This document shows, piece after piece, positions 36,603 through 46,220 of a DNA stretch of 46,344 nt. The stretch is from IMG/VR virus record IMGVR_UViG_3300031520_000006, positions 1 to 46,344 of that record; one strand, written 5' to 3'. Numbering within the stretch: position 1 is the stretch's first letter; every line of letters begins with the position of its first letter. This stretch comes from a virus (lineage: Duplodnaviria > Caudoviricetes). A program made the translations under genes and the position numbers. Below the pieces are notes generated by a model. The model was not told where the DNA came from. It made no database searches and worked only from the letters and a program-made list of their open reading frames with translations.

Positions 36603-37228
36603 AGAAACGTCGGTCCTTTCTCCATGTCCAGGATTTCTATTCCCCTGCTCGGTTGTACTGGCAGCTCCACCGGAGGATGCTTTGCGGCGAGGGCCTTGAT
36701 TAAATTGTACGCAGCTTGCGCATCAGCGAGCGCTCTGTGTGCCTGTCCTATCTCAACGCCCTGCTGACGACACGCCTCAGTCAATCGCTGCCATTTGCTG
36801 CCTCGTCCGCTGTGGTGGATGGCGTAGCTCTCCATCAAGCACTGCCAACGATACTGCGGCAGCGTGATGCCATAGAGGATTGCGGTCATCACCATGCACT
36901 GACTGTCAAACTTCGCGTTGTAGGTGATGATCCGTCGGCATGGCTCAAGGATATCCTTGATGCGCGGCCACACGTCGGCGAACGTCGGGCTGGCCCACAC
37001 GTCGGCGTCTGTGATGCCGTGGATCTCCGTTGCTCGCTCCGGTATCGGGTTCTTCGGTTTGATGAGCTGGTCCATCACAACCTTCCCCGTGTGGTCAATG
37101 ATGGCAAGGTCCACGATCTCGCCGGGTATGCCAGTGGTCTCGGTATCAAGCACGACCCAGCCGTCGAGCTGCATGGTTTTGGCCGCCCATGTGGGCAGAT
37201 CCGTGGTAACAAATGTGTTGACTTGCAT
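36599..37228 (-). CDS. DEDDh 3'-5' exonuclease (DnaQ-like)
   Basis: LDTETTG, YNAKFD and HRALAD motifs. Confidence 0.92.
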   Translation of the reverse strand: MQVNTFVTTDLPTWAAKTMQLDGWVVLDTETTGIPGEIVDLAIIDHTGKVVMDQLIKPKNPIPERATEIHGITDADVWASPTFADVWPRIKDILEPCRRIITYNAKFDSQCMVMTAILYGITLPQYRWQCLMESYAIHHSGRGSKWQRLTEACRQQGVEIGQAHRALADAQAAYNLIKALAAKHPPVELPVQPSRGIEILDMEKGPTFL

Positions 37229-37280
37229 AGTAGTCTCCTCTACTTTTTATCAAATAGGTTGTTCAGTAGAAATATGGTAG

Positions 37281-38462
37281 TTATCTCTCCGCTCCTTCTC
37301 TCTTTGCGATGTCATATTCAACCAGGTACTCCAGCGTCTCCAGGAAATAGGGCATGCTGTTGCGATGCATGCCGTCTTTCGTGAGCTTGGTCACATTCCC
37401 CTTTTTGGTTCGTGTCCTGGCGTCAAATAAAGCATCAATGAAATCCTTCTTGCTCATGCCTGAGCGACGTGCAACCTCGGCCACGCGTGCAACCCTTGTG
37501 ACTGATGATGCGGGTGCCTCATCGTGGAATTCTCTGGAAAAATCAGTGATGAACGTGGTCATACTCGGTGGGAGCTGTGGCCGCTCGTCTTTGAGTTCTC
37601 TGGTAATGCGCTCCCTCGCCAGCCGCTTGCTTGTTCTAGCTTGCTCGGTTGCTTCGGGCGGCACTTCCTCAAACCGTGGGTTTCGATTATTTCGATTTCG
37701 ATTCGTATCTTGGCTACTGCTCTCGTTCGGAGTCGATTCGTGTTCACCCTCACCATCAAGAGATGCGTTAGCATCTCCGTACCTTTCGCTATAGTGCTCA
37801 CTTGCTCCTGAGTGATTCGTATAGCCAAGCGAGCGTTCCTTATTGGAGTTCGAAAGATTCGAAGAATCGAATTCTATAGTCTTTTTAGATTCGTCTTCAT
37901 TGTGCGAATCCAGATTCGCGGGGTCCGTGAATCCAGATTCGCGGGGTCCGTGAATCTGGATTCGCTGCGTAGAAAGATTCGCGGGGGGTACAGAGTACAC
38001 TATCTCCTCTTTTGGCTCTGTGCGTTCGTTCTGCCAGTTGATCTCCAGGTCTTCAAGTGCTCTGAGCAGCCGTGTAAAGTCGTACTCATTGGTCGTCTGC
38101 CCTCGTTGATTGAACCGAGCAACGCTCTCCAGGAGCGACGGCCTGACGACTTCACCGCTTGCCTCGTCGATGATCTTCTGCTCGATCTTGCGCAAGTTCA
38201 CCTGGATGCACCGTCGTCCCCTGTTCATTCTGGCTGCTATTGTCGTGATTGCAGGGTATGGATAGTGCTCCCACCAGGACATCCAGATGTGACAAATAAT
38301 GTTGAACTGCGTGGGGTTGAGCAGAAGTTCGGCCTGATATTTCATCAGCAGGTTGGGGATACAGGTGTACCCCCCATTGAGCACGGTTGCACCGAACCTG
38401 CGTAGAAGCGTGGCCTGATGAGTCTCTTGTGGTGAGGACTGCGCCTCTTGTGCCTTACTCAT
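37281..38462 (-). CDS. replication initiator (N-terminal wHTH)
   Basis: GYTCIPNLL..YPAITTIAARM..Q.TNEYDF pattern; internal iterons. Confidence 0.75.
   Translation of the reverse strand: MSKAQEAQSSPQETHQATLLRRFGATVLNGGYTCIPNLLMKYQAELLLNPTQFNIICHIWMSWWEHYPYPAITTIAARMNRGRRCIQVNLRKIEQKIIDEASGEVVRPSLLESVARFNQRGQTTNEYDFTRLLRALEDLEINWQNERTEPKEEIVYSVPPANLSTQRIQIHGPRESGFTDPANLDSHNEDESKKTIEFDSSNLSNSNKERSLGYTNHSGASEHYSERYGDANASLDGEGEHESTPNESSSQDTNRNRNNRNPRFEEVPPEATEQARTSKRLARERITRELKDERPQLPPSMTTFITDFSREFHDEAPASSVTRVARVAEVARRSGMSKKDFIDALFDARTRTKKGNVTKLTKDGMHRNSMPYFLETLEYLVEYDIAKREGAER
37856..37986. repeat. iteron cluster (putative replication origin) inside the initiator gene
   Basis: GAATCCAGATTCGCGGGGTCCGT x2 (37906-37951), GAATCTGGATTCGC, AAGATTCGCGGGG and further GATTCG copies beside an AT-rich patch. 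Confidence 0.8.
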
Positions 38463-38500
38463 GGCGAGCCTCTTGGAGAACAGGATGAGTAAGGGGTGCA

Positions 38501-38635
38501 TTGACGTTCTTATCTACAGGTGTTATTCTATTCATGGCGGTGTTACCTGTGAAGCGTCACAGGCGGCGACTAGAGCCAGCTTAGGGGGATATGCAGACTG
38601 GAAACTTCACATCCCTTCGCTGGCTCGATTCATTT
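38501..38635 (+). ncRNA. putative countertranscript antisense to the initiator leader
   Basis: TTGACG-N17-TATTCT; hairpins CCTGTGA/TCACAGG and GAGCCAGC/GCTGGCTC. Confidence 0.5.
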
Positions 38636-38710
38636 CAAATAATCTTCGTGCTCTACGTTCCAGTCCATTGCCGCACTACGATCTTCATCCTCTGGATTGT
38701 TCTGTGCTGG

Positions 38711-39274
38711 TTATCCTTCCACTCCTATTGGATAGGCGATGTTGTCGCGCTCATCAGGTTGAGGCTCCGCATACTTCGCACGCAGCCGCTCCTCGTTGCA
38801 GCGCTCACAGATCGGTAGGACGACATAGCCGTTTGTCCTGTTGATATCCTCCGTGATGTGGACCAGGGTAGCCATATTGCTACAGTCCTGCCGTTTGCCC
38901 TCCTGATCGAATGGTCCAAAGGCGCACACCAGATCAGGCTGACGCAACTGCATCGGTGTGCTGTTCAGCAGCAGCGTCTCCTCGATGTTGGCCTCCTGCC
39001 TCGACAGTGCCGCCTGAGCCTCCATCATGCCTGCCCACGCCAGGTCAGGCTCCACGCTGCCATGCCAGGCTCGCCAGTAAGCCGCGCCACTGATGCGGTA
39101 GATCGTGCCGGATGGCCTGGCTTCAAGTGCAACCTCCTGCTGTGTGACTTCCAGGATGACGGTCTGCTCAGCCTGGTCGAGGTTGTCGAGGAGCTGCGCG
39201 ACATATAAGGATGTGCCTTGCTGGATGAGCTTGATATGCGTGCTGTCAGTCGTGGTGACAAATTTGATGTTCAT
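38711..39274 (-). CDS. hypothetical protein with C-terminal Cys4 module
   Basis: C..CSN..YVVLPICERCNEERL. Confidence 0.7.
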   Translation of the reverse strand: MNIKFVTTTDSTHIKLIQQGTSLYVAQLLDNLDQAEQTVILEVTQQEVALEARPSGTIYRISGAAYWRAWHGSVEPDLAWAGMMEAQAALSRQEANIEETLLLNSTPMQLRQPDLVCAFGPFDQEGKRQDCSNMATLVHITEDINRTNGYVVLPICERCNEERLRAKYAEPQPDERDNIAYPIGVEG

Positions 39275-39768
39275 GAGTATTGCTGCTCCTTTGCTTTGAG
39301 AGAGGCGTTGTACTTCTTGAGTCGTTCAATGTTGCAGTCCGTACATATGGGCACCATCACATAGGCACCCTCGCGCCTAGAAAGTCCGGTGATAAGTGCG
39401 GCGTCGGTCGTGTTTGGACATTCGTCCTTATAGCCGCAATAGCTCCCCGACTGAATAGAGATAATGCGAGCACCTTCAAGCAGCCTATCCTCGCTGGCAT
39501 CCTCATACTCTCGGCGATACGCGATCTGTGCGAGCAATGCCCCTGCAACCGTTTCGTTTGCTACATCGTCGCGCTTTGCTTTCCAATAATCCTCTGTCTT
39601 GATTGAGCCAACAATGCCGCCATTGCCACGCGCGAGGATGACGCGCTCATGTGTGACGCCGCATACTGTCACCGGATCGCCGTCGTGATAGATGCCCTTG
39701 TCGTCATAGGTCAAGGTGATCTGGTCACCAGTCATGTCTTTGCGCCCTGTGATGGTCCCTCTGTTCAC
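39271..39768 (-). CDS. hypothetical protein with the same Cys4 module
   Basis: C..CPN..YVMVPICTDCNIERL. Confidence 0.7.
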   Translation of the reverse strand: MNRGTITGRKDMTGDQITLTYDDKGIYHDGDPVTVCGVTHERVILARGNGGIVGSIKTEDYWKAKRDDVANETVAGALLAQIAYRREYEDASEDRLLEGARIISIQSGSYCGYKDECPNTTDAALITGLSRREGAYVMVPICTDCNIERLKKYNASLKAKEQQYS

Positions 39769-40244
39769 AATCCAAAATCCTTTCTGACAGCGCCTTCAAG
39801 CGCATCAATCAGTGTGATAATCTCGTCCTCTAAAAGTTGGTCTTGCTCGTAAGCATCATCCGTCGACGTATGCGTCCCACGCGCAGCTCGTCTATCGAGA
39901 TAGTCCCGCTCACGTCGTTGCTTCGCCAGGAGCCTGGCTCTGATATCTGCGATCATTGCCAACGCCTCCTCTGGTGACATGTCCTCAATTGGCTTCTTCG
40001 GCGCTTTCGGAGGCACATATACCGGAACCATGCGCGATGGTGAGCCTCGTGGTGCTGGCGCTGACCTCGCCTGCCGAGGCTGTTTCACTGGTGCTGGTGC
40101 GCTCAGATTGACGGTCGTGCCTGTCCTGCACACAGCACACCGAGAGCGTTGTGTTGGCTGAGCGTGTAGGTAGCACACTCGCGCTCCGCATTTCTTGCAG
40201 GTGCCTCGACATGGCGAGCCGCACACCGCGCACGTCGCCGCCAT
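39765..40244 (-). CDS. zinc-finger protein
   Basis: CAVC..C..CKKC..C..H..CAVC N-terminus. Confidence 0.7.
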   Translation of the reverse strand: MAATCAVCGSPCRGTCKKCGARVCYLHAQPTQRSRCAVCRTGTTVNLSAPAPVKQPRQARSAPAPRGSPSRMVPVYVPPKAPKKPIEDMSPEEALAMIADIRARLLAKQRRERDYLDRRAARGTHTSTDDAYEQDQLLEDEIITLIDALEGAVRKDFGL

Positions 40245-40245
40245 G

Positions 40246-40539
40246 CTACTCGTCTCCTGTTTCGCTCAGATCGGCCACAACCACATCGCCATGAATGATT
40301 GTTCTGGCATGATTGGGCCTATGCTTATGCAGCAAATCGGTTGCAGCCTGATTCAGTGGCTTGCCTTTGATGAGGCTCTCATCGTCGAAGAACATGAAGA
40401 GTCCACCTTCTGATCTTCTCGTGAGTGTGAGACCTCCGAGGAAACCTCCTACCATGTTGTGCAACTCAATATTCGTGAACTCACCTCGCTCTGGATGGAC
40501 CTCCTGCTCGGTTCCATCTGCTTTGATCCACCGTGCCAT
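40246..40539 (-). CDS. DUF3846-like protein
   Basis: VGG.....FDDE....KPLN..AT...IHGDVVV pattern. Confidence 0.65.
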   Translation of the reverse strand: MARWIKADGTEQEVHPERGEFTNIELHNMVGGFLGGLTLTRRSEGGLFMFFDDESLIKGKPLNQAATDLLHKHRPNHARTIIHGDVVVADLSETGDE

Positions 40540-40596
40540 ACTATTGCTCCGCCTTCTGTGTAGTCCTTATGACTATAGGAATTACTGTAGCTGTGC

Positions 40597-40824
40597 TCAT
40601 GCTTCTGACTCCTTGACTGGCAGCAACACCCAGGTATGCGCCCAGGCATTCGCCATCTTTTGGATTTCCCACCCAGGAGTCGTCGCCTCGACCTGCTTTC
40701 TGATGAGGTCGAACTCCTGCTGGTATCGCTGGTCTGCTCCCGCGATCATGGCCTGGAAGCTCGATTTCTGCCTATCCAGTTCTGCGAGGCGTAGGAGCGC
40801 CTGGCGGATATGTTCAAGCGTCAT
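40597..40824 (-). CDS. hypothetical protein
   Basis: 75 aa, AGGAGG RBS. Confidence 0.6.
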   Translation of the reverse strand: MTLEHIRQALLRLAELDRQKSSFQAMIAGADQRYQQEFDLIRKQVEATTPGWEIQKMANAWAHTWVLLPVKESEA

Positions 40825-40942
40825 GCCTCGGCCTCCTGTTCATCCTCATCAGCCGTGAACGCAGTTTTCAGATCCTCTTCTGACATCAGGTCCGGGTCCT
40901 CGATGCCATCTCTTATGGACTGCATCAAGGCGTCGTAGTAAT

Positions 40943-41917
40943 TCATGCTGGCACTTCCTCTCGCGGTACGGTCTCCTCGCCGAGACCCTTCAAGAAGTCG
41001 TAGGCTGATTGGCGTCGTACTCTTGCGCGTTCCGCAAGTCCTGCGCCAGTCAACCGTTCCTGGTTGGCTACCATCTCGCTGTACGCTTGCTCTAATCTGA
41101 TTCGTGATTCTGTTTCATTGGTTATTGGGATACTGAGTGCTTTGAATTGACCATTGGTTCCCAATTGCTCAGTTGTGCTTTCTGTGAGTTCCGTGGAGGT
41201 ATCTTCTGAGATATTCACTACAGTTCCGCGCAGTTCCTGAGCCACTTGAAGGGCATCGACAACGCGCTGCTCTATTGCCTCAAACCGCTTCACCATCAGC
41301 GCATCCAGGTCATTTTTCACCTGGTCCAGTTGCTCTTGTGAGATACCTGGCTTCTCATCGGGAACTTTGGGAACTCCATCATCCTGGCCGCTAAAACTGA
41401 TGTTTTTCGTGCGGCACATGACCACGTAGCCAACGGCGACGAGGGAGCGTAATGCCGACATCATGTAGGGGAGCCAGGCCAGTGATGAGGTGATCTGTGT
41501 TTCGCCGATGCCGATGCTGTGTGCTATGAGTTGGAGGAAGAGCATCGTCATGCCCACCAGGGCCAGGAGCAATGCAAGTATGCCATAAATCCAGACCTTT
41601 GCCTTATCCTTGCCTCGTATGCTCTGGAAGGCATACACGAGCGTGACGCCTGCCGAGGTTTCTATTGCTATAGCCTGTGTCCACGACCAGGTGAGTGCGA
41701 GCGTGGGATTATCGCGCATCACTTGGCCGTCACTCAAGAAGTCGGCCGCCGAGACGACCAAGCCAGCCGCAAGCAGTGGTTCGCTGGTCTTGGCGACGAA
41801 CTTAAAGAGAAAATCTATGCTCTCGTCGTACCAGCCGAGCGAAACAAAGCTGCGCCAGATGTTTGCAGCTCGCTGCCACTTGCTGAGAGACGTTGGTTGC
41901 TCCTGTACTACTGCCAT
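40943..41917 (-). CDS. 4-TM membrane protein with C-terminal HTH (Spd-like architecture)
   Basis: Four hydrophobic segments, a coiled coil and LTGAGLAERARVRRQSA HTH. Confidence 0.7.
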   Translation of the reverse strand: MAVVQEQPTSLSKWQRAANIWRSFVSLGWYDESIDFLFKFVAKTSEPLLAAGLVVSAADFLSDGQVMRDNPTLALTWSWTQAIAIETSAGVTLVYAFQSIRGKDKAKVWIYGILALLLALVGMTMLFLQLIAHSIGIGETQITSSLAWLPYMMSALRSLVAVGYVVMCRTKNISFSGQDDGVPKVPDEKPGISQEQLDQVKNDLDALMVKRFEAIEQRVVDALQVAQELRGTVVNISEDTSTELTESTTEQLGTNGQFKALSIPITNETESRIRLEQAYSEMVANQERLTGAGLAERARVRRQSAYDFLKGLGEETVPREEVPA

Positions 41918-41937
41918 GGAATCTATCCTTTCATAAG

Positions 41938-42032
41938 GCGTCTGATCGTCTGTCTGTCTGACTGTCTAGCCCTGTCTACAGGCCATGCGTGTGCTTACTG
42001 GAGGCTGCGTCCGACAGCAGACGACAGACGAC
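41938..42032. repeat. cluster of short (C/T)GTCT(G/A) direct and inverted repeats
   Basis: CGTCTGATCGTCTGTCTGTCTGACTGTCTAGCCCTGTCTA...CAGCAGACGACAGACGA. Confidence 0.75.
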
Positions 42033-43534
42033 TATGCCTCTATCAATCTGCGCTCTTTTAACTGCTTTATGTAGGTCCCTGCTGTATCTTTGCCCACACC
42101 CAACTGCCTGCCCAACTCTCGATAGCTCATACCTGGCTCGTAGAGTTCTAATGCTCGTTGCAGTTCTATCGGTAACTTCGTAGTAAAGCTGCCGGTTGCA
42201 TATGTTGGTGCTGGTGTTTCTGGAATGCTTGGAACGGGAAGCCTGGGCTCGGTATGAGGCAAGTGCTGTTTCTGCGCCAGGTATCGACGCATATTCGCTA
42301 GCCCTGGCGTGTGCGCTCCATGTGGAGAGTTGCGCTTCCGTATCTGATGCACGCCTCGCACTCCTGGCCCAATCACAACCGCCTCTCCGCGTCCTAGTGC
42401 CATTGCCACATCGCGGCCTATGCCCTGCTCCGCATACCGTGCGAGCGAAGGCCCCTCGTTCTGTTTCATATAGAATTTCCAGTTGGCGGCCATCGCACGT
42501 TTATCGAGGTCGGCGATCATCTGGCTGGCGAAGATGAAGCCAATGCCATACTTGCGGCCACGTCGTACCACCAGGTCGAAGAATGCGTTTTGCAACCTGG
42601 CTAAAAGCGTGATCCCTTCCTCATCCTTCTCTTTCGTGAGCATGCTTTCATTCTCGCGCTGCGGCAGCCACACATGCGCCTCGTCAAGAATAGCCGCACA
42701 CGGAATGCGCTCCTCCTGTGGCCGCTCCTCTTGCCACTCATGCATGCCGTGAATGATCTCGATCATCACCAGCGCGGCGGTATTGATGGTGCCATACGAT
42801 TGCAGGTTGAGCACCACCTGTAGCCCATCGTCGAGGATCATGTGCCCGAATGCACGCGCGTTCTCTGGTGTCACACTGCTAGCATGAGCGATATATGGCC
42901 TTCTCAGGTACCGCTTATCACACAGCGGCTCATATTCTCCCTCGGTGTCACAGAGCAAAAAGGGTATTTCTAGCTTCCCCAGTTCCTCGCCGATGACCGC
43001 AACGGTATTGCTTTTGCCTGCATCAGGAATACCAAAGATCGACACACGGCCAGAGAGCATCGCGTCCGCATGCGGGAAGAGCGTCTGCGATAAAAACAGA
43101 TGGTCTCTATATACGTGAGGGTTGTATATCTCTGGCATCGAGAGCGTTGTAAGTTCCTCTGTCTTGCTCTCCTCCTCATCATTCACAGCCTGTCTATCCT
43201 CCTCAACTGACTCACTCCCGATACCCTCATCCAGCGGACCCAGTAACGCGCCCCAGTTGGCCGAACGTATTCGGTCCATCATCGGCAGATGGGGCATATG
43301 GCCGTTTGCCTTTTGCTGCTCAAGCACATGCTTCCCAACCAGTCCAACAGCACCCACGCCAACAGCACCCACAACCATGCCAGTAAAGCCCAGGTGCAGT
43401 AGCTCCGCTGCCCCTGCGAGAAATGGCAGTCCTACAAAACCCGCTGCGATCCCTATTTGCGTGCTTGTACTCATATCCATGAGGCCACCACTATCCTCTT
43501 GTAGCTCCTGGTTTGTGGTTTTCTCTTCTCTCAT
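42032..43534 (-). CDS. HerA/FtsK-superfamily ATPase with N-terminal TMs and C-terminal wHTH
   Basis: GIPDAGKS, ILDEAH, RGRKYG and ASQ motifs; SYRELGRQLGVGKDTA HTH. Confidence 0.85.
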   Translation of the reverse strand: MREEKTTNQELQEDSGGLMDMSTSTQIGIAAGFVGLPFLAGAAELLHLGFTGMVVGAVGVGAVGLVGKHVLEQQKANGHMPHLPMMDRIRSANWGALLGPLDEGIGSESVEEDRQAVNDEEESKTEELTTLSMPEIYNPHVYRDHLFLSQTLFPHADAMLSGRVSIFGIPDAGKSNTVAVIGEELGKLEIPFLLCDTEGEYEPLCDKRYLRRPYIAHASSVTPENARAFGHMILDDGLQVVLNLQSYGTINTAALVMIEIIHGMHEWQEERPQEERIPCAAILDEAHVWLPQRENESMLTKEKDEEGITLLARLQNAFFDLVVRRGRKYGIGFIFASQMIADLDKRAMAANWKFYMKQNEGPSLARYAEQGIGRDVAMALGRGEAVVIGPGVRGVHQIRKRNSPHGAHTPGLANMRRYLAQKQHLPHTEPRLPVPSIPETPAPTYATGSFTTKLPIELQRALELYEPGMSYRELGRQLGVGKDTAGTYIKQLKERRLIEA

Positions 43535-43543
43535 GACTCTCCT

Positions 43544-44110
43544 CTATGCGCTGGCCGTTGGTCGAAACACGACGGCTAAGACTTTCTCCAATCGAGAGAA
43601 GCCACGAATACCTAAGAAGATGCTACCTGCACTCATAGCCGCTATGTAACACAGCGAAACGAGCCAGCCAGCATTGCCCCAATTGAAAATCCACAGGAAC
43701 GCGCCGCCTATGTTTGTGTTGGTGGCGACGCTGTACCAGAGGTCGGTCACAACCTCCAGAATAAAAAATCCCCAGATGATGAGCCGATGCAGCAATTTAT
43801 TGTGGATCGGGCTTCCTGGCAGTGCTGCGCCCCAATAGATGATTTGGGTGATGAACGCAACCGTCCAGGCAATACGGTTGTATTTATCCATATTGCTGTT
43901 GAGGAAGTTGAGTAATTCCTGAGCGCTGATATGCGACGGAACGATGGTGCCGCCTTGCAGAATGCCTACAATGCTGTCGTGCGTCGTTATAAGCTGCTGG
44001 AATGAGCAGTAGACCCATGCTCCAATCTCAGCAAGTGCGTACAGGCCAACCGCAAGTGTGAGCCGCTCGCCAGGACGCCCTGCTGTCGCTGTTGTTGTTG
44101 TTCCACGCAT
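43544..44110 (-). CDS. multi-pass membrane protein
   Basis: About four hydrophobic helices. Confidence 0.75.
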   Translation of the reverse strand: MRGTTTTATAGRPGERLTLAVGLYALAEIGAWVYCSFQQLITTHDSIVGILQGGTIVPSHISAQELLNFLNSNMDKYNRIAWTVAFITQIIYWGAALPGSPIHNKLLHRLIIWGFFILEVVTDLWYSVATNTNIGGAFLWIFNWGNAGWLVSLCYIAAMSAGSIFLGIRGFSRLEKVLAVVFRPTASA

Positions 44111-44112
44111 GG

Positions 44113-44436
44113 CTACACCTCCTCCGAGCGGATGTACACGCTGTAATCTTCTACAAGGTCTTCATCTCGCAAAATGGCGAGAAAGAGCGGATTGATCTCA
44201 CACTCTTCCCATTCCAGGATGATGTAGCCGAGTCCAGCTTTGGATGAGATGCCGCTATCGACCAGGATCACCTCGTCTCGGCCTTCAAACCAGCTCTCGA
44301 TTTTTTTGATGAACCATTCTCGCTGCGCTACGGGAACCGTGAAATGCACGCCTTGCAACATGCCTGGCTCCAATATGCGTTCAGTCTCTGTTGGCAGAAC
44401 CTCAGAACCGAATGAATAAGGTATCAATTCTGTCAT
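44113..44436 (-). CDS. hypothetical protein
   Basis: 107 aa, AAGGAG RBS. Confidence 0.7.
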   Translation of the reverse strand: MTELIPYSFGSEVLPTETERILEPGMLQGVHFTVPVAQREWFIKKIESWFEGRDEVILVDSGISSKAGLGYIILEWEECEINPLFLAILRDEDLVEDYSVYIRSEEV

Positions 44437-44599
44437 GTACTTTCTCCTTGCTGGCCGGGTTTGCTATAATCGCGCTTACCAGCCAGCGCGTCCGTTTAAC
44501 TACTTCGCGTTGGTGAGCTCCGCCACGCTGGTCCTAACAGCGTGGCGGAGCGGCTGTACTCCTTGAAAGTCCTACTCAATTCCCTTCCACTTGCTAAAT

Positions 44600-44825
44600 A
44601 GATGCGTATGTATGTATCATCAGGGCGCGTGGCACACGGGGATCGCTTCCCCTGGCGTCGAGAACCCTGTGGTGTATGTGTGCCTTGTGCATTTCGCATT
44701 AAATGGGTCGCAGACTGCGCTAAACCTAATAATGAGCTGGACACCCGTAAGGGAAAATCTTCGCCTATATATGGTCCGCTGTCCGCACAGCGTCGCCACG
44801 CAATTCTATTTGTCGAGAAAGAATA
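44600..44825 (+). ncRNA. candidate bridge RNA of the IS110 element
   Basis: Non-coding left end with stems enclosing large loops (GGCACAC...GTGTGCC); IS110 elements are known to encode bridge RNAs in this position. Confidence 0.5.
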
Positions 44826-44828
44826 GGT

Positions 44829-46220
44829 ATGAATGATTTCTACGAGATACTGTATGTCGGTATTGATATTGGCAAAGCTCGCCATGTGGCAGGCTTTGTC
44901 TCGGACGCACTCTTCTCGCGATACCGCCGCTTCGAGCGGTGTCCCGTCCTCAGCTTTGAGCAATCGCGAGCAGGATTTGAGCGACTGCTGGCTGCCATCG
45001 AGACCTATGGTCCGCTTGATCGCTGCGCCGTGGTCATGGAGCACACAGGCCATTACCATAGACTGGTTGAGCAATACCTGCTTGAGCACAACATCGCCCT
45101 GTACGAAATTCATGCGCAAAAGCGTGAACACCGTGACAAGACCGATAAGCGCGACGCGCTCTCGCTGGCGAACCACCTGTATAACCAGCTTGCAAAGGGT
45201 GTCCAATTCTCTGAAACCATCAAGCTTGCTCGTCGTGTGCTGCCGCCAACGGAAACCGCGACGTACCTTCGCAGCCTCGTGAAGCATCGCGAGGTCCTCT
45301 CGCGCGAGATCACACAACGCAAAAACAACTTGATCGCGATCTGCGATGAGGTGTTTCCTGAGCTGACCCACATCATCAAAGACACCAATGGTGCCACAGC
45401 ACTCAACATTCGAGAGAAGTTCCCAACGGCGGCTTCCATTGCGGCGGCCTCTCTCGACGAGTTGCGAACATGCCGCATCAATTACCGTCCAACTGATAGG
45501 CAGTTTGAGGAACTGCACGACCTGGCGACACAGAGCATTGGAACCCGTGATCCAGGCCGCATCAAGAGTCTGACGATGCAGCAAAAGCACTTGATCAAAG
45601 AGCTCAGACTGCTCCAACAGCATACTGAAGAGATTGATGGAGAGATCACTACTGCGCTGAAGAATTCGCGTGAAGGGCAGATACTTGACAGCCTGCCAAT
45701 CTTTGGACCTGTGCAATCGGCCACGCTGATCGCCAGCATTGGCAACATTCACAATTTCTCGCGACAATCGGAACTCAAGTCCTACTGTGGCTGGTCTCCG
45801 ACCACTGTGCAGACCGGCACCAGTGTGGACCAGGTGAAACTCACTAAAGGCGGCAATCCTGTACTCAAACGCATGATATACCTGGTCACGATGAGCGCCA
45901 TAAAGCTTGATACCGAATGGCGCGATCTGTATAACCGATTGGTCCCAATAAAGTGCAATTACGATACGCGCACGAAGGCTTTTCGTGGTAGAATGAAGGT
46001 AGTTGGTCGGGTTGCAGGGCAAATTATTTCTTTGGTCTACACTCTGCTCAAAAAGGATGCCGACATTTTGGCAAGCCTTGCTGAGGGAGAGGAGCCACCG
46101 CCACCGATGCTCTATGATCGCGCACTGCATCACGCACATCGACATGGCAGCTACCGACGTGCTGACAGCGTGCCACTTGGCAGCCCGATTGCTCTTACGG
46201 AGTTTCTCCATAATGAGTAA
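44829..46220 (+). CDS. IS110-family transposase/recombinase
   Basis: GIDIGK, MEHTG.Y and KTDKRDA (DEDD RuvC-like); C-terminal SYCGWSP...QTG..KGGN. Confidence 0.95.
   Translation: MNDFYEILYVGIDIGKARHVAGFVSDALFSRYRRFERCPVLSFEQSRAGFERLLAAIETYGPLDRCAVVMEHTGHYHRLVEQYLLEHNIALYEIHAQKREHRDKTDKRDALSLANHLYNQLAKGVQFSETIKLARRVLPPTETATYLRSLVKHREVLSREITQRKNNLIAICDEVFPELTHIIKDTNGATALNIREKFPTAASIAAASLDELRTCRINYRPTDRQFEELHDLATQSIGTRDPGRIKSLTMQQKHLIKELRLLQQHTEEIDGEITTALKNSREGQILDSLPIFGPVQSATLIASIGNIHNFSRQSELKSYCGWSPTTVQTGTSVDQVKLTKGGNPVLKRMIYLVTMSAIKLDTEWRDLYNRLVPIKCNYDTRTKAFRGRMKVVGRVAGQIISLVYTLLKKDADILASLAEGEEPPPPMLYDRALHHAHRHGSYRRADSVPLGSPIALTEFLHNE

Noticed and set aside
38491-38501. 11-nt match to the 3' part of spacer 7 (AAGGGGTGCAT) at the antisense promoter
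   Set aside because: Short, outside the 5' seed, and compatible with chance.
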